Assembly: GCA_034439715.1 (NCBI GenBank)
Contig: JAWXAY010000093.1
Span: 1 to 55,699, forward strand
Source: Pseudomonadota bacterium
GTDB lineage: Bacteria; Bdellovibrionota; Bdellovibrionia; Bdellovibrionales; SG-bin7
Direction of reading: 5' to 3'
Length of the DNA stretch: 55,699 nucleotides
In this document: piece by piece, positions 18,604-29,141 of the stretch
How the letters are laid out: each line of letters starts with the position of its first letter
Position numbering within the stretch: position 1 is the first letter of the stretch
The notes under the pieces: model-generated
Seen by the model: the letters and a program-made list of their open reading frames with translations, nothing else
The model's database searches: none
What the model was told of the DNA's origin: nothing
Made by a program: the position numbers and the translations under genes

Positions 18604-21600
18604 TTCTTGTTGTCATCGTCTAATACCAGCTCCGCTGATTCTAGATATTGGCCATCTCGCTCTATTTTAATTTCCCCAAGTTTGAGTTCCTGGGAATTTT
18701 TAACGTGAACATGATAGCTTGACTGGCCGGAACGTATGGTTACTTCGTACCCGGGCCAGGCATTTGGTAGGCAAGGCTTCCAGCGTAGAACCTTACCGGT
18801 ATTATGAAGGCCAAGAACACTCTGTACCAGCGCTTGGTAAAACCAACCTGCCGATCCCGTATACCACGACCATCCACCTCGTCCTGTGTGAGGTGGTAGA
18901 GTATAAACATCTGCTGCAATCACGTAGGGCTCTACTTTGTACGTGTTGACACTTTCTATCGAATCGCTATGAGAAATCGGATTTAACATCGACAAAACTT
19001 CCATGGCCCGATCACCATCAGTTAGTTTCGCGAAAGCCATTCCCGCCCAAATTGCGGCATGGGTATATTGTGCCCCATTCTCCCGAATTCCGGGTACGTA
19101 ACCTTTGATGTAGCCCGGATCCAAATCGGTCTTATCAAACGGAGGCCAAAACAGAGGTATGATGCGATTTTGCCTACGAATCAGACGCTCGTTCACTGAC
19201 TGCATGGCCTGACTCGCGCGCTCTGGCAATGCAGCTCCTGAGAGTACGGCCCATGATTGAGCAATGGAATCGATTTGGCATTCTTGGCTCTGCTCAGATC
19301 CGAGTGGGGTGCCGTCATCAAAATAGGCTCTCCGGTACCATTTTCCATCCCAGCCTGTGGACTCTAAAGCCAGCGCCAAAGATTCGGCGTGGCGTTTGTA
19401 CTTGTCTCTTCGCACCATTTCTCCTCGTGTTTCGCAAAGTGGCGCAAACTCATTTAACACCTTAATCAGAAACCAGGCCAGCCAAACGCTTTCGCCTTTG
19501 CCTCCGTGACCGACTCTATTCATACCGTCGTTCCAATCGCCTGTTCCCATAAGCGGTAGTCCGTGAGCACCCACCTTTAGGCTTTTATCAATAGCTCGAC
19601 AGCAGTGTTCAAAGAGGGAAGCTGTTTCATGAGTCTTACTTGGCTGAACATAAAGGTCTTCACGATCTGGCGGAATTAATGGGGCGGATAAGAAGGGAAG
19701 CTCTTCATCTAAAATCGCACCATCACCAGTTGTTCTAATATAATCTGCGGTCACGTAAGGTAGCCAAAGCAGGTCATCTGAGAAATGAGTGCGCACCCCA
19801 CGGTTGCTCGGAGGATGCCACCAGTGTTGAACATCGCCTTCTATAAATTGATGACAAGCTGCCCGTAAAATTTGACCACGGGTGACCTCAGGCTTTGAGA
19901 ACGTTAGGGCCATTACATCTTGCAGTTGATCGCGGAAGCCAAAGGCTCCTCCTGATTGGTAAAAGGCGGATCGCGCCCAAATCCGACAGCCAAGAGTTTG
20001 ATACAACAGCCAACGATTGAGCAGTATATTACTTTCTTCTGAGGGCGTCTTGAATTGCATAGCACCCAAAAACCCATCCCAAAAATTTTTGACCTGAACC
20101 AAGGCAGACTCTGCTTCGGAGTTTTTTAAGTACCGACCAACCAAAGGCTCCACTAAATCTAAACTACTTACCTGTCCTAGAACGAAAATAATTTCTTGCT
20201 CTTCATTCGGCCCTAGCACAATGGATCGGTTAATTGCTGCACAAGGATCTAGCCCTGCGCCAATTTTTCCGCTAAAATTATCTCGTTCAAAGCCTCTTGG
20301 TTTTGCGTAGGAACCATTGCGTCCAATGAATTCTCGTCTATCGCAAGTAAAAGACTCCACCCCGCCACTAACTCCCGCAAAAGCTACGCGCGTACCGAAA
20401 TCAATACTAAAAGGGTTGCGAGCTAGAACGACGCCCGGAAGCGGGCCAGGCTGAGTAACGACATGATGGGCAGTTTTGGCCCTGTTGGTACCTAGAACCC
20501 ACTCAACAAAATAGGTCAGTGAGATGCGTCGCTTCTTTTTGGCATCGAGATTTTTTAGACGAAGGCGGCAAATCTTAATTTCCTCATCCACTGGGACATA
20601 CATAAGTAGGTGGTGGTGTATGCCATGACTACTATGTTCGAACTGTGTGTAACCTTGGCCGTGACGAACAATAGTGGGGCCTGTTGTAGGGATAGGCCAA
20701 GGCGTCGGCGACCATATGTGACCAGAATCTTCATCACGTAAATATATTATCTCTCCGCTAGGATCAATAACAGCGTCGTTACTCCAAGGCGTAAGGCGAT
20801 TTTCGCGGCTATTACCTGACCAGGTGTAACCACTTCCTGTTTCTGAAATTAAAAATCCAAAGTCCTTGGAGTTCGCAATAACATTAATCCAGGGAGCCGG
20901 AGTGGTGCGATCTTTTTCTAAGAAGATAACATATTCTTTTGAATCCGCAGTGAATCCGCCCAGACCATTAAAAAATTTAAGTTCGGGGCGTACTAATCGT
21001 GCCGGCGGATAGGACACCTCAGATGGTTGATCTGGAGGATAAACTTGTGCTCTGTCTTTTCCTGGTTGGAGCCTTGTCATTTGCTCTTTCAAAGTTCCGC
21101 GATAGCCATCCAGAAAAACTCTTGCCGCAGCTTGCAAAAGAAATTTATCCTGATTTGATAGCGTGTCAGACCGCAAAAGAAAAATTCCTCCGGATTTATT
21201 TAATAGTCCATGATTTCCACTGGCTAAGACTTGGCGGTCAAGTTCTTCTTGAAGTGGGAGAAAGTAACCCGTTTTTTCAACATTTAAAAACACCAAGTCC
21301 ACAGAAAGTTTTTTCAGCCTTAGGTATTCGTGGCCGCGGAGTAATTCCCGCGCTAGAGAAATATCGCGTTCACCAGTAATTTGCACAAGCAGTATTGGAA
21401 GATCTCCGCTAATACCATGTCGCCAAAGAGCTGATTGAGGTAATTCGCACAACATCAGAGTATCTGATGGCAGGCGGGCATCGCGGTTAGAGTATAAAAG
21501 TGCACCTGCGAGTTTTTGGTAAATCTTGGCCTCGTCGGCTGGCATCCCTAAATGGCGTAACTGCACTTGAGTTTGGGTCCAGGCCAATTCATTTTCGCGA

Positions 21601-24600
21601 TTAAAACTATTAATGTTGTGGTACTGGTCGATCAAACGAAGGGCCTCTTCGCGAGAGTCTACTACTCCAGTTGAAAAACATATTTTGATCACACCATAAG
21701 GCGGAATAATAACCCGACGTCGCAATGAAAAAATGGGATCGAGTGGAGTACCTACCTCTCCTGATAAGGGAATATTTCCGGTCATGATTATGGGATTCAT
21801 CAATGTTCGACCCCGACCGATAAACTTTGCGCGGTTAGTTTCGTATTCGGCAAATTTAAAATTGTCGCCTTCGCTTGCAGCTACATGAAAGCCCCAACAC
21901 TCAGGATCACTCCCCGAACGGGGGCGGCGCCGGGCCAGTAAAGCGGTTCTGGGCGAAATATATTCTGTTTGGAGAAATAAGTTGCTGAAGGCCGGATGGG
22001 CGAGATCAGCCTCAGTTGAAGCCAATACCGGTTCCAAGTAGCTTGTGATTTCCATTTCGCGCTCATTAGCAGAAATATTAGTGAGCGTTATCATTCGTAA
22101 CTCTACATTGTCTTCGGGAGAGACAACAACTTCCATGTGAGTCAGTATGTTGCCATCGCGTCTATGAAATTCAACTTTATGCTCTGCAAAGATGGCCTCA
22201 AATGACTGAGGAGAGATTCCGCTCGGTTGATGGCCTGCGGACCAAAACAAGCCGCTTTTGATGTCTTTGATAAAGATGAAATTTCCCAAGGCGTCTCGGG
22301 TGGAATCTTCAGCCCAACGAGTAACGGCCAACTCGCCACAACGGGAATAACCTGATCCCCCCGCAGTCAGCATGACCGTGTAATTTCCGTTAGAAAGAAT
22401 TTGTGTTTTTGGATAAAGAGAATGTGGGCTACTAAATCGTCTGACGTCGGCCGGCTGAATGGCTCTAACAGAAAGTGCTTCGGCATGGGCCTCTTCTGCG
22501 CGCGGATGAGTAATGCTAACCCGCAGGGGATTCCGTTCTTGAAGCAAGAGTTCAGCAGAACGGATAGCAGGGTCCGAGTGAAATCGCGTCTGGGTGATAT
22601 TCTCATTGAGAGCGTTATTCAGCGACACCAATGTCATTCCCTGATGATGCGCCATAAAGCTTTGGATAATGCGTTGGACCTGATGGGGCAGGAGTCTTTC
22701 TTTCGTGTAGTCTACCGATTCGTAAAATCCATAGTCAGTCAAAAGTCCCGCCTCGACAAGTTTACGAAAATTCTTAACTGCTGAGGTAGGAGAGACCATT
22801 GCCGCTAAGGCTGTCGAATAGGGAGACACCACCAGATTATCACTCAATCCGCGTTTTAGTCCCAAACCAGGAACACCAAACGGGCCGTACTGATAATTCA
22901 TTTGTAGGTCGCGGCCATTGTACGCAGACTCAGAAATTCCCCAAGGAATTCCCATTTTCTTGGCGTATTTGACCTGCTGTCCTACTACGGACTCATGAGT
23001 TTCGTAAAGCAGCGTATTCGCAAAATTCTTCATAACCAAAAGTGGCATAAGGTATTCAAACATGGACGCCGACCAAGATATAAGCGTTCGCTTTCCGTAG
23101 AGAACGGTCATTTGCCGTCCGAGATGAAACCAATGACTCTGCGGCACGTCGCCTTTTGCAATCGCCATAAAGCTCGCCAACCGCGCCTCTGAAGCTAACA
23201 AATCATAATAGGAATTGTCGCGGCTGTTTTGTTCGACATTGTATCCTACGCAGAAAATTTTACGTTCATTATCGAACAGGATAGAAAAATCCATGTCCAT
23301 TGCCAGATCATGGCAGCGCTGAGCTAAACGGCGACTACGAATCACGAAGTCATCAAAAAAATCTTCTAGCTGAAAAGCCTGCGCTTGTGCTTCGAGTTTA
23401 GCAACCATCCTAAGACTCGTATTTGTCCAATTTAGTAATCCTGCAAATATATCACTCGCATGCTCGAGGCTAAGTGTGTTGATGAGACCTAAAATGGCAT
23501 TAAGATGAGCGCGAACTTCAGAAATATAAATTTCCCACGCGTCTAGCGACTCTGGCGTTTTAGAGAGAGCACTCGCTAGACACCGTTCAATTTCTATGGC
23601 CAACTGGTCTCTAGTTATAGAGCTGGTAACTAGGTGCCGAGAATCGATGGCGCTCAACTTTGCCTTCATTTCTAGAATTGTGTCGACAAGGCCAGTAGAA
23701 ACGACTGAAGAAATTAGGGGCTTGTCTGGCAATGACAAACAGGCTTGCTTTACGGCCATGAGATGACCCGCGAGATTTCCGCTATCAACAGTAGAAATAT
23801 AAATAGGATTCAAAGCCTGCAAAGAATTTGTGTCATACCAATTAAAAAAATGTCCATGCCTGCGCTCAAGTGACTCCATCGAGCTCAGCGTAAGTTCAAG
23901 TCTTTCCACGAGTTCGAGCGAACCAATAAACCCCAAATCATGAGCGGCGGTAGTGGACAGTAAAAGTAAGCCCAGATTGGTGGGCGACGTTCTATGCGCA
24001 ATAACTAAGTCAGGATCTTCCTGAAAGTTATCCGGCGGAAGCCAATGATCTTTTTCTCCAATGAAAGTTTCAAAAAAATGCCAAGTTCGCCGCGCAATTC
24101 TGCGCAGTTCTCGACGGTCCTCCTGAGAGAGCGCTGAGACCTGTGGTGCGCGTTTGCGACTAATCTTAGAAATTATTGTCGGAGACAAGAGCCAAATTCC
24201 CAAAAAAGGACCAGCAATAAAAAAAACTAGGGACGGCGTTAAAGCTAAAAAGGTCAATAACCCCAATGCTACAATTCGGGGGACCCAAATGATGTCGAAT
24301 GAAAGTTTTTTCTTACTTAGCATGCCCGATTCAGCCTCTGCGGCACTCAGCCATTGCAAAAGGCGGCGTTTTGAAATGAAAAGTCGATAAAGGGTTCGAA
24401 CGATCGCATCAACCTGGAGCCAAGCCTGATGTGGCAAAACTAATAAGAACAACAAAATCTGAACGCTGCTTGTGCCTAGGTCTCCCCAAACATTCCTAAG
24501 GTGGCTCATCCAAGGAATGCCCCTCGAATGAAAAAGAAGGCTATTTGTGGCATGAGCATAAGACGGCAGAGCGAGTAAGGCGACAATTGCCAGTGTCCCT

Positions 24601-27059
24601 ACCAAAGATGAGCCAGGCAATATCGTCCAGGCCAGTATTAACAATAAAAGTGTTGAGGGCGCTACAAAGCTGCGGCGTAAGTTATCAAAAATTTTCCAAC
24701 GTGAAATCACAGCGAGATCGGGATGGAACAGCCAACGAAAAATCTGCCAATCGCCTCGAGCCCAGCGGTGTTGCCGTTTTGCAAAAGCCTCGTAGTGCGA
24801 AGGGTATTCATCCAGGAACTCAATATCGCTAACCAGGGCGGTTCGCGCAAAAATTCCTTCAAAGAGATCGTGGCTAAGAATGGCATTTTCGGGAGCCTTG
24901 CCGGCTAATGCGTCTTCAAATGTGTCGACAACATATAGGCCCTTTCCTGTGTAAGTGCCCTCGCCAAAAAGATCCTGGTATACATCAGAAACCGCGGTTG
25001 TGTAGGGATCAATGCCTGTGTGGCCCGAAAAAATTCGCGCGAAAAATGAGGACTCGGAACTCTTGGGAGCTATGCTGATTCGAGGCTGAAGAACTCCATA
25101 GCCTTTGGCGACCCGTCGGCTTTTGACATCGAACTGTGGCGAATTTAGAGGATGAAGAATAGTGCCGATCAGTCGCTTAGCGGCACCTCTCGGAAGTTGG
25201 GTGTCAGAGTCTAAAGTGATCACATAGCGGATTTCAGAAAATAAATTGGAATGCGAAGGCGCCACCTTAAAGCTGGTATTTTTGTTGCCCCGTAAGAAGC
25301 GATTAAACTCATGAATCTTGCCTCGCTTTCTTTCCCATCCCATCCACTTATTTTCTTGGGGATTCCATTTTCTGTACCGATGAAAAAGAAAAAACTGTGG
25401 TTGGCCCGTCTGGCAATATTGGCCATTGAGCGCTGAGATTCCCTTTTCCGCGAGCGCTATCAACTCCTCATCGTTACCCATTTTTTCGTGATCCGCATCG
25501 GTAAAGTCGCTCAAAAGTGCGAAAAAAAGATTGCGGCTCTGATTGGAGAGATAATGAACTTCTATGGTCTCAAGTAATTTAGAAACTGAATCCATTCCCG
25601 AAAAGAGGGAGGGTATAATTACGAAGGTCCTGGCTTCATCCGGTATTTCTTTATCCAGATCAATCTTGGGCAAAACTCTCGGACCAATAAGTGCTGTCAC
25701 AAATAAATTCAAGAGATTCAGAGCCGTGTCGCTCACCAGCGCTCCACCCACGAAAAGAAATATAAAAACTTTAAACCAGGAGGCCCCTTGTGAGTAAATA
25801 TAATAAAGTAGTGGTGCAAAAATAATAAAGGAAGTCATAAGCAATGTGCTGAGATAAAAACTCGTGGGGTGGTTTAGTAAGGCGCGTTTGGCTGCAGTAG
25901 ATATACTGGGCTTTAACCCCACAGAACTCTCTAAGTGATTCAAACCACGATCGATAAGATAGTAACCAACGTGATGTTGAGAAATATCTATAGCGTCCTG
26001 CTTGCTTTTCTGGGCGAGCTGTATTGCCGCGCCGGCAATTGTCATTTCGTCAAACTTTGATTTTCGGCAAATCCTTTCTATGGTGTGACGGTAGCGATCA
26101 CGACTAGAAAAATCCATGCGCTTGTAGGTTCCGGTCGGGTCGTTCGCCAGTATTTCATCGACGAGGCTGACACTTTCAAAAAACTCTTTCCAGTCGATCG
26201 AAGATAGTAGTCTCATACTATTGACGATGTTTCCCACCGTGACTTGATCAACCGCTTGTTGTTGATGATCCTGAAGGGTTGCTTGCTCAACGGTCAAATT
26301 ATGATTTTTGAGGCACTCCGCCAGGTAGTTATAGGCTGGCAAAAGTTCGGGTGACTGATCACGTAAGCGTTTGGCCAATTGCACGGCTACAGCACAATCA
26401 CAAAGACGGGATTTTCCCAGTAGGTTTGGAACCTCTTCAATTCTTTCGCTGAGATCGAGCTCCGTCTTGTCAACGGCTGCCAATAGGTTTTCAGCGAAGT
26501 CGTCTGCCGCTTGCTTAACTTCTTGAACGTAGGCCATTCGTACGATGACACGTCGTAAATTCTCTAGCAGAGCAACTCGCAGCGTGATCGCAATTGCCCA
26601 AAGTTCACCCATCATAAGAGGAGAAATTTTTTGATAAGATTGAATGAAACGCCTAATAGTGTTTGTTTCTAAACGACTATCCAAATGTGCAACTAAGGTG
26701 AGAGCAATGGCATAAACTCGGGGGCGTCCCGCCAAATCGCCAATGGTTAGCTTGGGCAGTTCAAAATAATATTCTTTAGGCAAATCATGACGAACCTCAC
26801 GGATCTGATCCTCTATGATGTGAAAGTTGTCGATAAGCCATTCCCCAGCTGGGGGAATGGTCCTCTTATCTGCAACCGCTTGAGTGAGTTGCCGATAAGC
26901 CTTAACTAAAACTTCGCTGTTTTCTTTAACTCGCGGCAATAGTGATTGGCCGGTATTAGGCACTTTAGCCACGGTCAACTCACGGGCGAGGTAAGTGGCA
27001 TATTGCTCTAACCGCTCAACACTAAAAGCCTCGCCGCGGATTGCATCCTCAAAAAGCAT
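18558..27059 (-). CDS. ndvB: Cyclic beta-1,2-glucan synthase (Cgs/NdvB/ChvB; GT84 + cyclising domain + GH94 phosphorylase)
   Basis: 2833 aa; EWLIDNFHII, WERKRGK, TLDSDT, SHDLFEG, RQHRWARGDWQ, WSASMFEYLMP, WGISES, YQSGGAFGFRDQLQD, GDWNDGMN, ENGAQYTH, WYTGSAGW. Confidence 0.93.
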   Translation of the reverse strand: MLFEDAIRGEAFSVERLEQYATYLARELTVAKVPNTGQSLLPRVKENSEVLVKAYRQLTQAVADKRTIPPAGEWLIDNFHIIEDQIREVRHDLPKEYYFELPKLTIGDLAGRPRVYAIALTLVAHLDSRLETNTIRRFIQSYQKISPLMMGELWAIAITLRVALLENLRRVIVRMAYVQEVKQAADDFAENLLAAVDKTELDLSERIEEVPNLLGKSRLCDCAVAVQLAKRLRDQSPELLPAYNYLAECLKNHNLTVEQATLQDHQQQAVDQVTVGNIVNSMRLLSSIDWKEFFESVSLVDEILANDPTGTYKRMDFSSRDRYRHTIERICRKSKFDEMTIAGAAIQLAQKSKQDAIDISQHHVGYYLIDRGLNHLESSVGLKPSISTAAKRALLNHPTSFYLSTLLMTSFIIFAPLLYYIYSQGASWFKVFIFLFVGGALVSDTALNLLNLFVTALIGPRVLPKIDLDKEIPDEARTFVIIPSLFSGMDSVSKLLETIEVHYLSNQSRNLFFALLSDFTDADHEKMGNDEELIALAEKGISALNGQYCQTGQPQFFLFHRYRKWNPQENKWMGWERKRGKIHEFNRFLRGNKNTSFKVAPSHSNLFSEIRYVITLDSDTQLPRGAAKRLIGTILHPLNSPQFDVKSRRVAKGYGVLQPRISIAPKSSESSFFARIFSGHTGIDPYTTAVSDVYQDLFGEGTYTGKGLYVVDTFEDALAGKAPENAILSHDLFEGIFARTALVSDIEFLDEYPSHYEAFAKRQHRWARGDWQIFRWLFHPDLAVISRWKIFDNLRRSFVAPSTLLLLILAWTILPGSSLVGTLAIVALLALPSYAHATNSLLFHSRGIPWMSHLRNVWGDLGTSSVQILLFLLVLPHQAWLQVDAIVRTLYRLFISKRRLLQWLSAAEAESGMLSKKKLSFDIIWVPRIVALGLLTFLALTPSLVFFIAGPFLGIWLLSPTIISKISRKRAPQVSALSQEDRRELRRIARRTWHFFETFIGEKDHWLPPDNFQEDPDLVIAHRTSPTNLGLLLLSTTAAHDLGFIGSLELVERLELTLSSMESLERRHGHFFNWYDTNSLQALNPIYISTVDSGNLAGHLMAVKQACLSLPDKPLISSVVSTGLVDTILEMKAKLSAIDSRHLVTSSITRDQLAIEIERCLASALSKTPESLDAWEIYISEVRAHLNAILGLINTLSLEHASDIFAGLLNWTNTSLRMVAKLEAQAQAFQLEDFFDDFVIRSRRLAQRCHDLAMDMDFSILFDNERKIFCVGYNVEQNSRDNSYYDLLASEARLASFMAIAKGDVPQSHWFHLGRQMTVLYGKRTLISWSASMFEYLMPLLVMKNFANTLLYETHESVVGQQVKYAKKMGIPWGISESAYNGRDLQMNYQYGPFGVPGLGLKRGLSDNLVVSPYSTALAAMVSPTSAVKNFRKLVEAGLLTDYGFYESVDYTKERLLPHQVQRIIQSFMAHHQGMTLVSLNNALNENITQTRFHSDPAIRSAELLLQERNPLRVSITHPRAEEAHAEALSVRAIQPADVRRFSSPHSLYPKTQILSNGNYTVMLTAGGSGYSRCGELAVTRWAEDSTRDALGNFIFIKDIKSGLFWSAGHQPSGISPQSFEAIFAEHKVEFHRRDGNILTHMEVVVSPEDNVELRMITLTNISANEREMEITSYLEPVLASTEADLAHPAFSNLFLQTEYISPRTALLARRRPRSGSDPECWGFHVAASEGDNFKFAEYETNRAKFIGRGRTLMNPIIMTGNIPLSGEVGTPLDPIFSLRRRVIIPPYGVIKICFSTGVVDSREEALRLIDQYHNINSFNRENELAWTQTQVQLRHLGMPADEAKIYQKLAGALLYSNRDARLPSDTLMLCELPQSALWRHGISGDLPILLVQITGERDISLARELLRGHEYLRLKKLSVDLVFLNVEKTGYFLPLQEELDRQVLASGNHGLLNKSGGIFLLRSDTLSNQDKFLLQAAARVFLDGYRGTLKEQMTRLQPGKDRAQVYPPDQPSEVSYPPARLVRPELKFFNGLGGFTADSKEYVIFLEKDRTTPAPWINVIANSKDFGFLISETGSGYTWSGNSRENRLTPWSNDAVIDPSGEIIYLRDEDSGHIWSPTPWPIPTTGPTIVRHGQGYTQFEHSSHGIHHHLLMYVPVDEEIKICRLRLKNLDAKKKRRISLTYFVEWVLGTNRAKTAHHVVTQPGPLPGVVLARNPFSIDFGTRVAFAGVSGGVESFTCDRREFIGRNGSYAKPRGFERDNFSGKIGAGLDPCAAINRSIVLGPNEEQEIIFVLGQVSSLDLVEPLVGRYLKNSEAESALVQVKNFWDGFLGAMQFKTPSEESNILLNRWLLYQTLGCRIWARSAFYQSGGAFGFRDQLQDVMALTFSKPEVTRGQILRAACHQFIEGDVQHWWHPPSNRGVRTHFSDDLLWLPYVTADYIRTTGDGAILDEELPFLSAPLIPPDREDLYVQPSKTHETASLFEHCCRAIDKSLKVGAHGLPLMGTGDWNDGMNRVGHGGKGESVWLAWFLIKVLNEFAPLCETRGEMVRRDKYKRHAESLALALESTGWDGKWYRRAYFDDGTPLGSEQSQECQIDSIAQSWAVLSGAALPERASQAMQSVNERLIRRQNRIIPLFWPPFDKTDLDPGYIKGYVPGIRENGAQYTHAAIWAGMAFAKLTDGDRAMEVLSMLNPISHSDSIESVNTYKVEPYVIAADVYTLPPHTGRGGWSWYTGSAGWFYQALVQSVLGLHNTGKVLRWKPCLPNAWPGYEVTIRSGQSSYHVHVKNSQELKLGEIKIERDGQYLESAELVLDDDNKNHEILVLIGARPLVV

Positions 27060-27167
27060 CTGCCCCCCGACATAGTCGACTTGAGATTAAAGCTGTGAAT
27101 GTCATTTATTTATACTATGTTGGCGAAAGATATCCAAGTGAAGAATGGAGTCTTTGTCTTGCTGCCT

Positions 27168-28301
27168 TCAATTACGAAGCAACCAATCCACCATCTCTAT
27201 TTCGATATTGGGATTCCAACTTTTGCGCTTCAAGCGCTCAGTTGAAGGAAGTTCAATCAAATAGTCGGGGTGTTCTTGGCGTGAGTCCACGCCATTAGCG
27301 CCTTTGACCCAATAGCCAGTGGTCACAATTAGGTTTCCACTTTCATTTCTTGTTCCCTGTAAAATGTATTGATACTCCCGCACGGATTCACGAGTGCCAA
27401 CTAACTCTCGGTCGGTAGGTAAAGTAGGCTCGGCTGAGTAAATCCACATTGTAATAAATACGGCGTTAGGTTTGTTAGGAACGCTTTCGGCCACAAAGTT
27501 TGCCTTATAGACGGGAACATTCCAAACCTGGGGGCCTGGGTCATGATCCATTACAAAGGCCTGTTTTTTTTCAAATAATTTTACTTCAACAAAACGATGA
27601 AACTGATCTGGAAAAATATCAGGGTAAATCCAGCCCGAGTTATCGCCAATAAATTTTTCACCATGATATTTTAACTGGCTGTCGGGTGCGCCCTCATATG
27701 TTTTAAGTAGAAGTGCTTTGAGGTCGCTCACATTAAAGGTGACCGAGGAATTTCCTAGATTCACCTCGATGGGATTTCGTGGTTCCATGGCCGATAGTGC
27801 CGCCAATGACCATGCGTCACAGAGACCTTCCCATGCTAATGAATTGGGAGAGTAGGAGTTTGCTTCGAATTCGAGAGAATCGCCGGGATAGGGCAAATCT
27901 TTTTGTTTATACGCCCACCTTCTAAATTGATCAAACTTGCCCAAGGTCGATGAGTCCCCGCCGGCAAACAAAATATTTTCTTTTTTTGGGAACCACCATG
28001 AGGACCAAGGCTTTACTTTGGCCAGTGCTACTGCGGATTTAAATGGTAATTTTTTTTGTGTGATAACAGAAGGCCCGTATTCACGAGTGACAGACGTTAA
28101 CTTAGGACCGCCTATTTCAATAGTGAAATCCGTACATTCGGTACGAAACAGATCTGCGTTTTCTGCGAGGTTTGAAAATAAGTCAAAACCACTAATGCAA
28201 AAGCCGCGAGAATTACCATGACCTGGTCCTGACACATTTCTTTCTCCACAGGCCATTAGTAAAACAGCACAGAGAAGCGTCAAGATTGTTATTTGGTTCA
28301 T
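27168..28301 (-). CDS. Transglutaminase-elicitor (GP42)-like lipoprotein
   Basis: Lipobox LMAC; PWSSWWFP, WEGLCDAWS, DLKALL, PDQFH, VWNVPV, HPDY resemble the TGase_elicitor family. Confidence 0.65.
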   Translation of the reverse strand: MNQITILTLLCAVLLMACGERNVSGPGHGNSRGFCISGFDLFSNLAENADLFRTECTDFTIEIGGPKLTSVTREYGPSVITQKKLPFKSAVALAKVKPWSSWWFPKKENILFAGGDSSTLGKFDQFRRWAYKQKDLPYPGDSLEFEANSYSPNSLAWEGLCDAWSLAALSAMEPRNPIEVNLGNSSVTFNVSDLKALLLKTYEGAPDSQLKYHGEKFIGDNSGWIYPDIFPDQFHRFVEVKLFEKKQAFVMDHDPGPQVWNVPVYKANFVAESVPNKPNAVFITMWIYSAEPTLPTDRELVGTRESVREYQYILQGTRNESGNLIVTTGYWVKGANGVDSRQEHPDYLIELPSTERLKRKSWNPNIEIEMVDWLLRN

Positions 28302-28321
28302 GAACTCTCCTAAAAGGAACC

Positions 28322-28344
28322 TCCCCCTAGAATTAAAAGGGGGA
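28322..28344 (-). terminator. Intergenic stem-loop (terminator or stabiliser) between the 28365 and 28301 genes
   Basis: tccccct-9nt-aggggga inverted repeat. Confidence 0.4.
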
Positions 28345-28364
28345 AGCTTTATTGGTGGGACAGA

Positions 28365-28910
28365 TTATTTGAGAGAACTTTGTTCTTCTGACTTTGCACA
28401 GAAATCTGTTGATCGACCAGTATCAGCGAAATTAACTGCTGCAGCATTTGAAGTCCTCAATAAATCTAAGACTCCAGCGCAGAAATCTGTGGCGCCGCCT
28501 TTGTAAGCGATCAGCTCATCACAAGTTACTCCGCGAACTGTTTCAACAGTCTCAGCAACCTCTTTAAATCGAGGACAGGCCAAGGCTTGTTTAGCTCCAG
28601 CACGGGCTTCGGTGACAGCTTCGACAGTATATTTGTCTGACTGAACAGCCGTTGTAATTTGGCGCGAGCCACTCATGGAAATCGATACTTCTTGATCGGG
28701 TAGCCACTTAACTTGCACATCTTTACAAGAAATTTGAATATTCGCTGGTGCTGATTGATTATGGTACTGTCCTGGATTTAAACAGGCAGCTCTCATATCG
28801 TCAAAACCTATCACTGCGTTCGATGTACCTTGTTGTCCAGCATCCTGATGCTCAGCACCAGCTGCGGTCGCCAAAAGTACAAGTGTTGTTATTAGTAAAA
28901 TACCTTTCAT
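28365..28910 (-). CDS. Secreted Cys-rich hypothetical protein
   Basis: GGAGG RBS before ATG 28910; signal peptide ending AGA; six Cys. Confidence 0.75.
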   Translation of the reverse strand: MKGILLITTLVLLATAAGAEHQDAGQQGTSNAVIGFDDMRAACLNPGQYHNQSAPANIQISCKDVQVKWLPDQEVSISMSGSRQITTAVQSDKYTVEAVTEARAGAKQALACPRFKEVAETVETVRGVTCDELIAYKGGATDFCAGVLDLLRTSNAAAVNFADTGRSTDFCAKSEEQSSLK

Positions 28911-28967
28911 ATTGTCCTCCCCTTTTTTCTTTCTGTTTGTGTTTAGAATTCCTAAAGTTCCGTTCAA

Positions 28968-28983
28968 TGCAATTTCATGACCA
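28968..28983 (-). promoter_or_regulatory. Putative sigma54 promoter
   Basis: TGGTCATGAAATTGCA; tandem candidate enhancer sites at 29076-29111. Confidence 0.7.
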
Positions 28984-29141
28984 ACTTGAACTGCTTAAAT
29001 ATCTCTCAAAACATTGGTCCGGTATTGAATTAATCGAAAAAAAAGAAAAGTATTTTTATTTTTCGCTTTTCTAAATGGGACAATTATTTTTTAAACGGGG
29101 AAATTCTCCCCTAAATCAAAGCGCACGTTTTGTCAGTTCTA

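Noticed and set aside
18719..25797. Numerous 60-130-aa ORFs inside or antisense to the glucan synthase
   Set aside because: Shadow frames of a long, motif-rich gene
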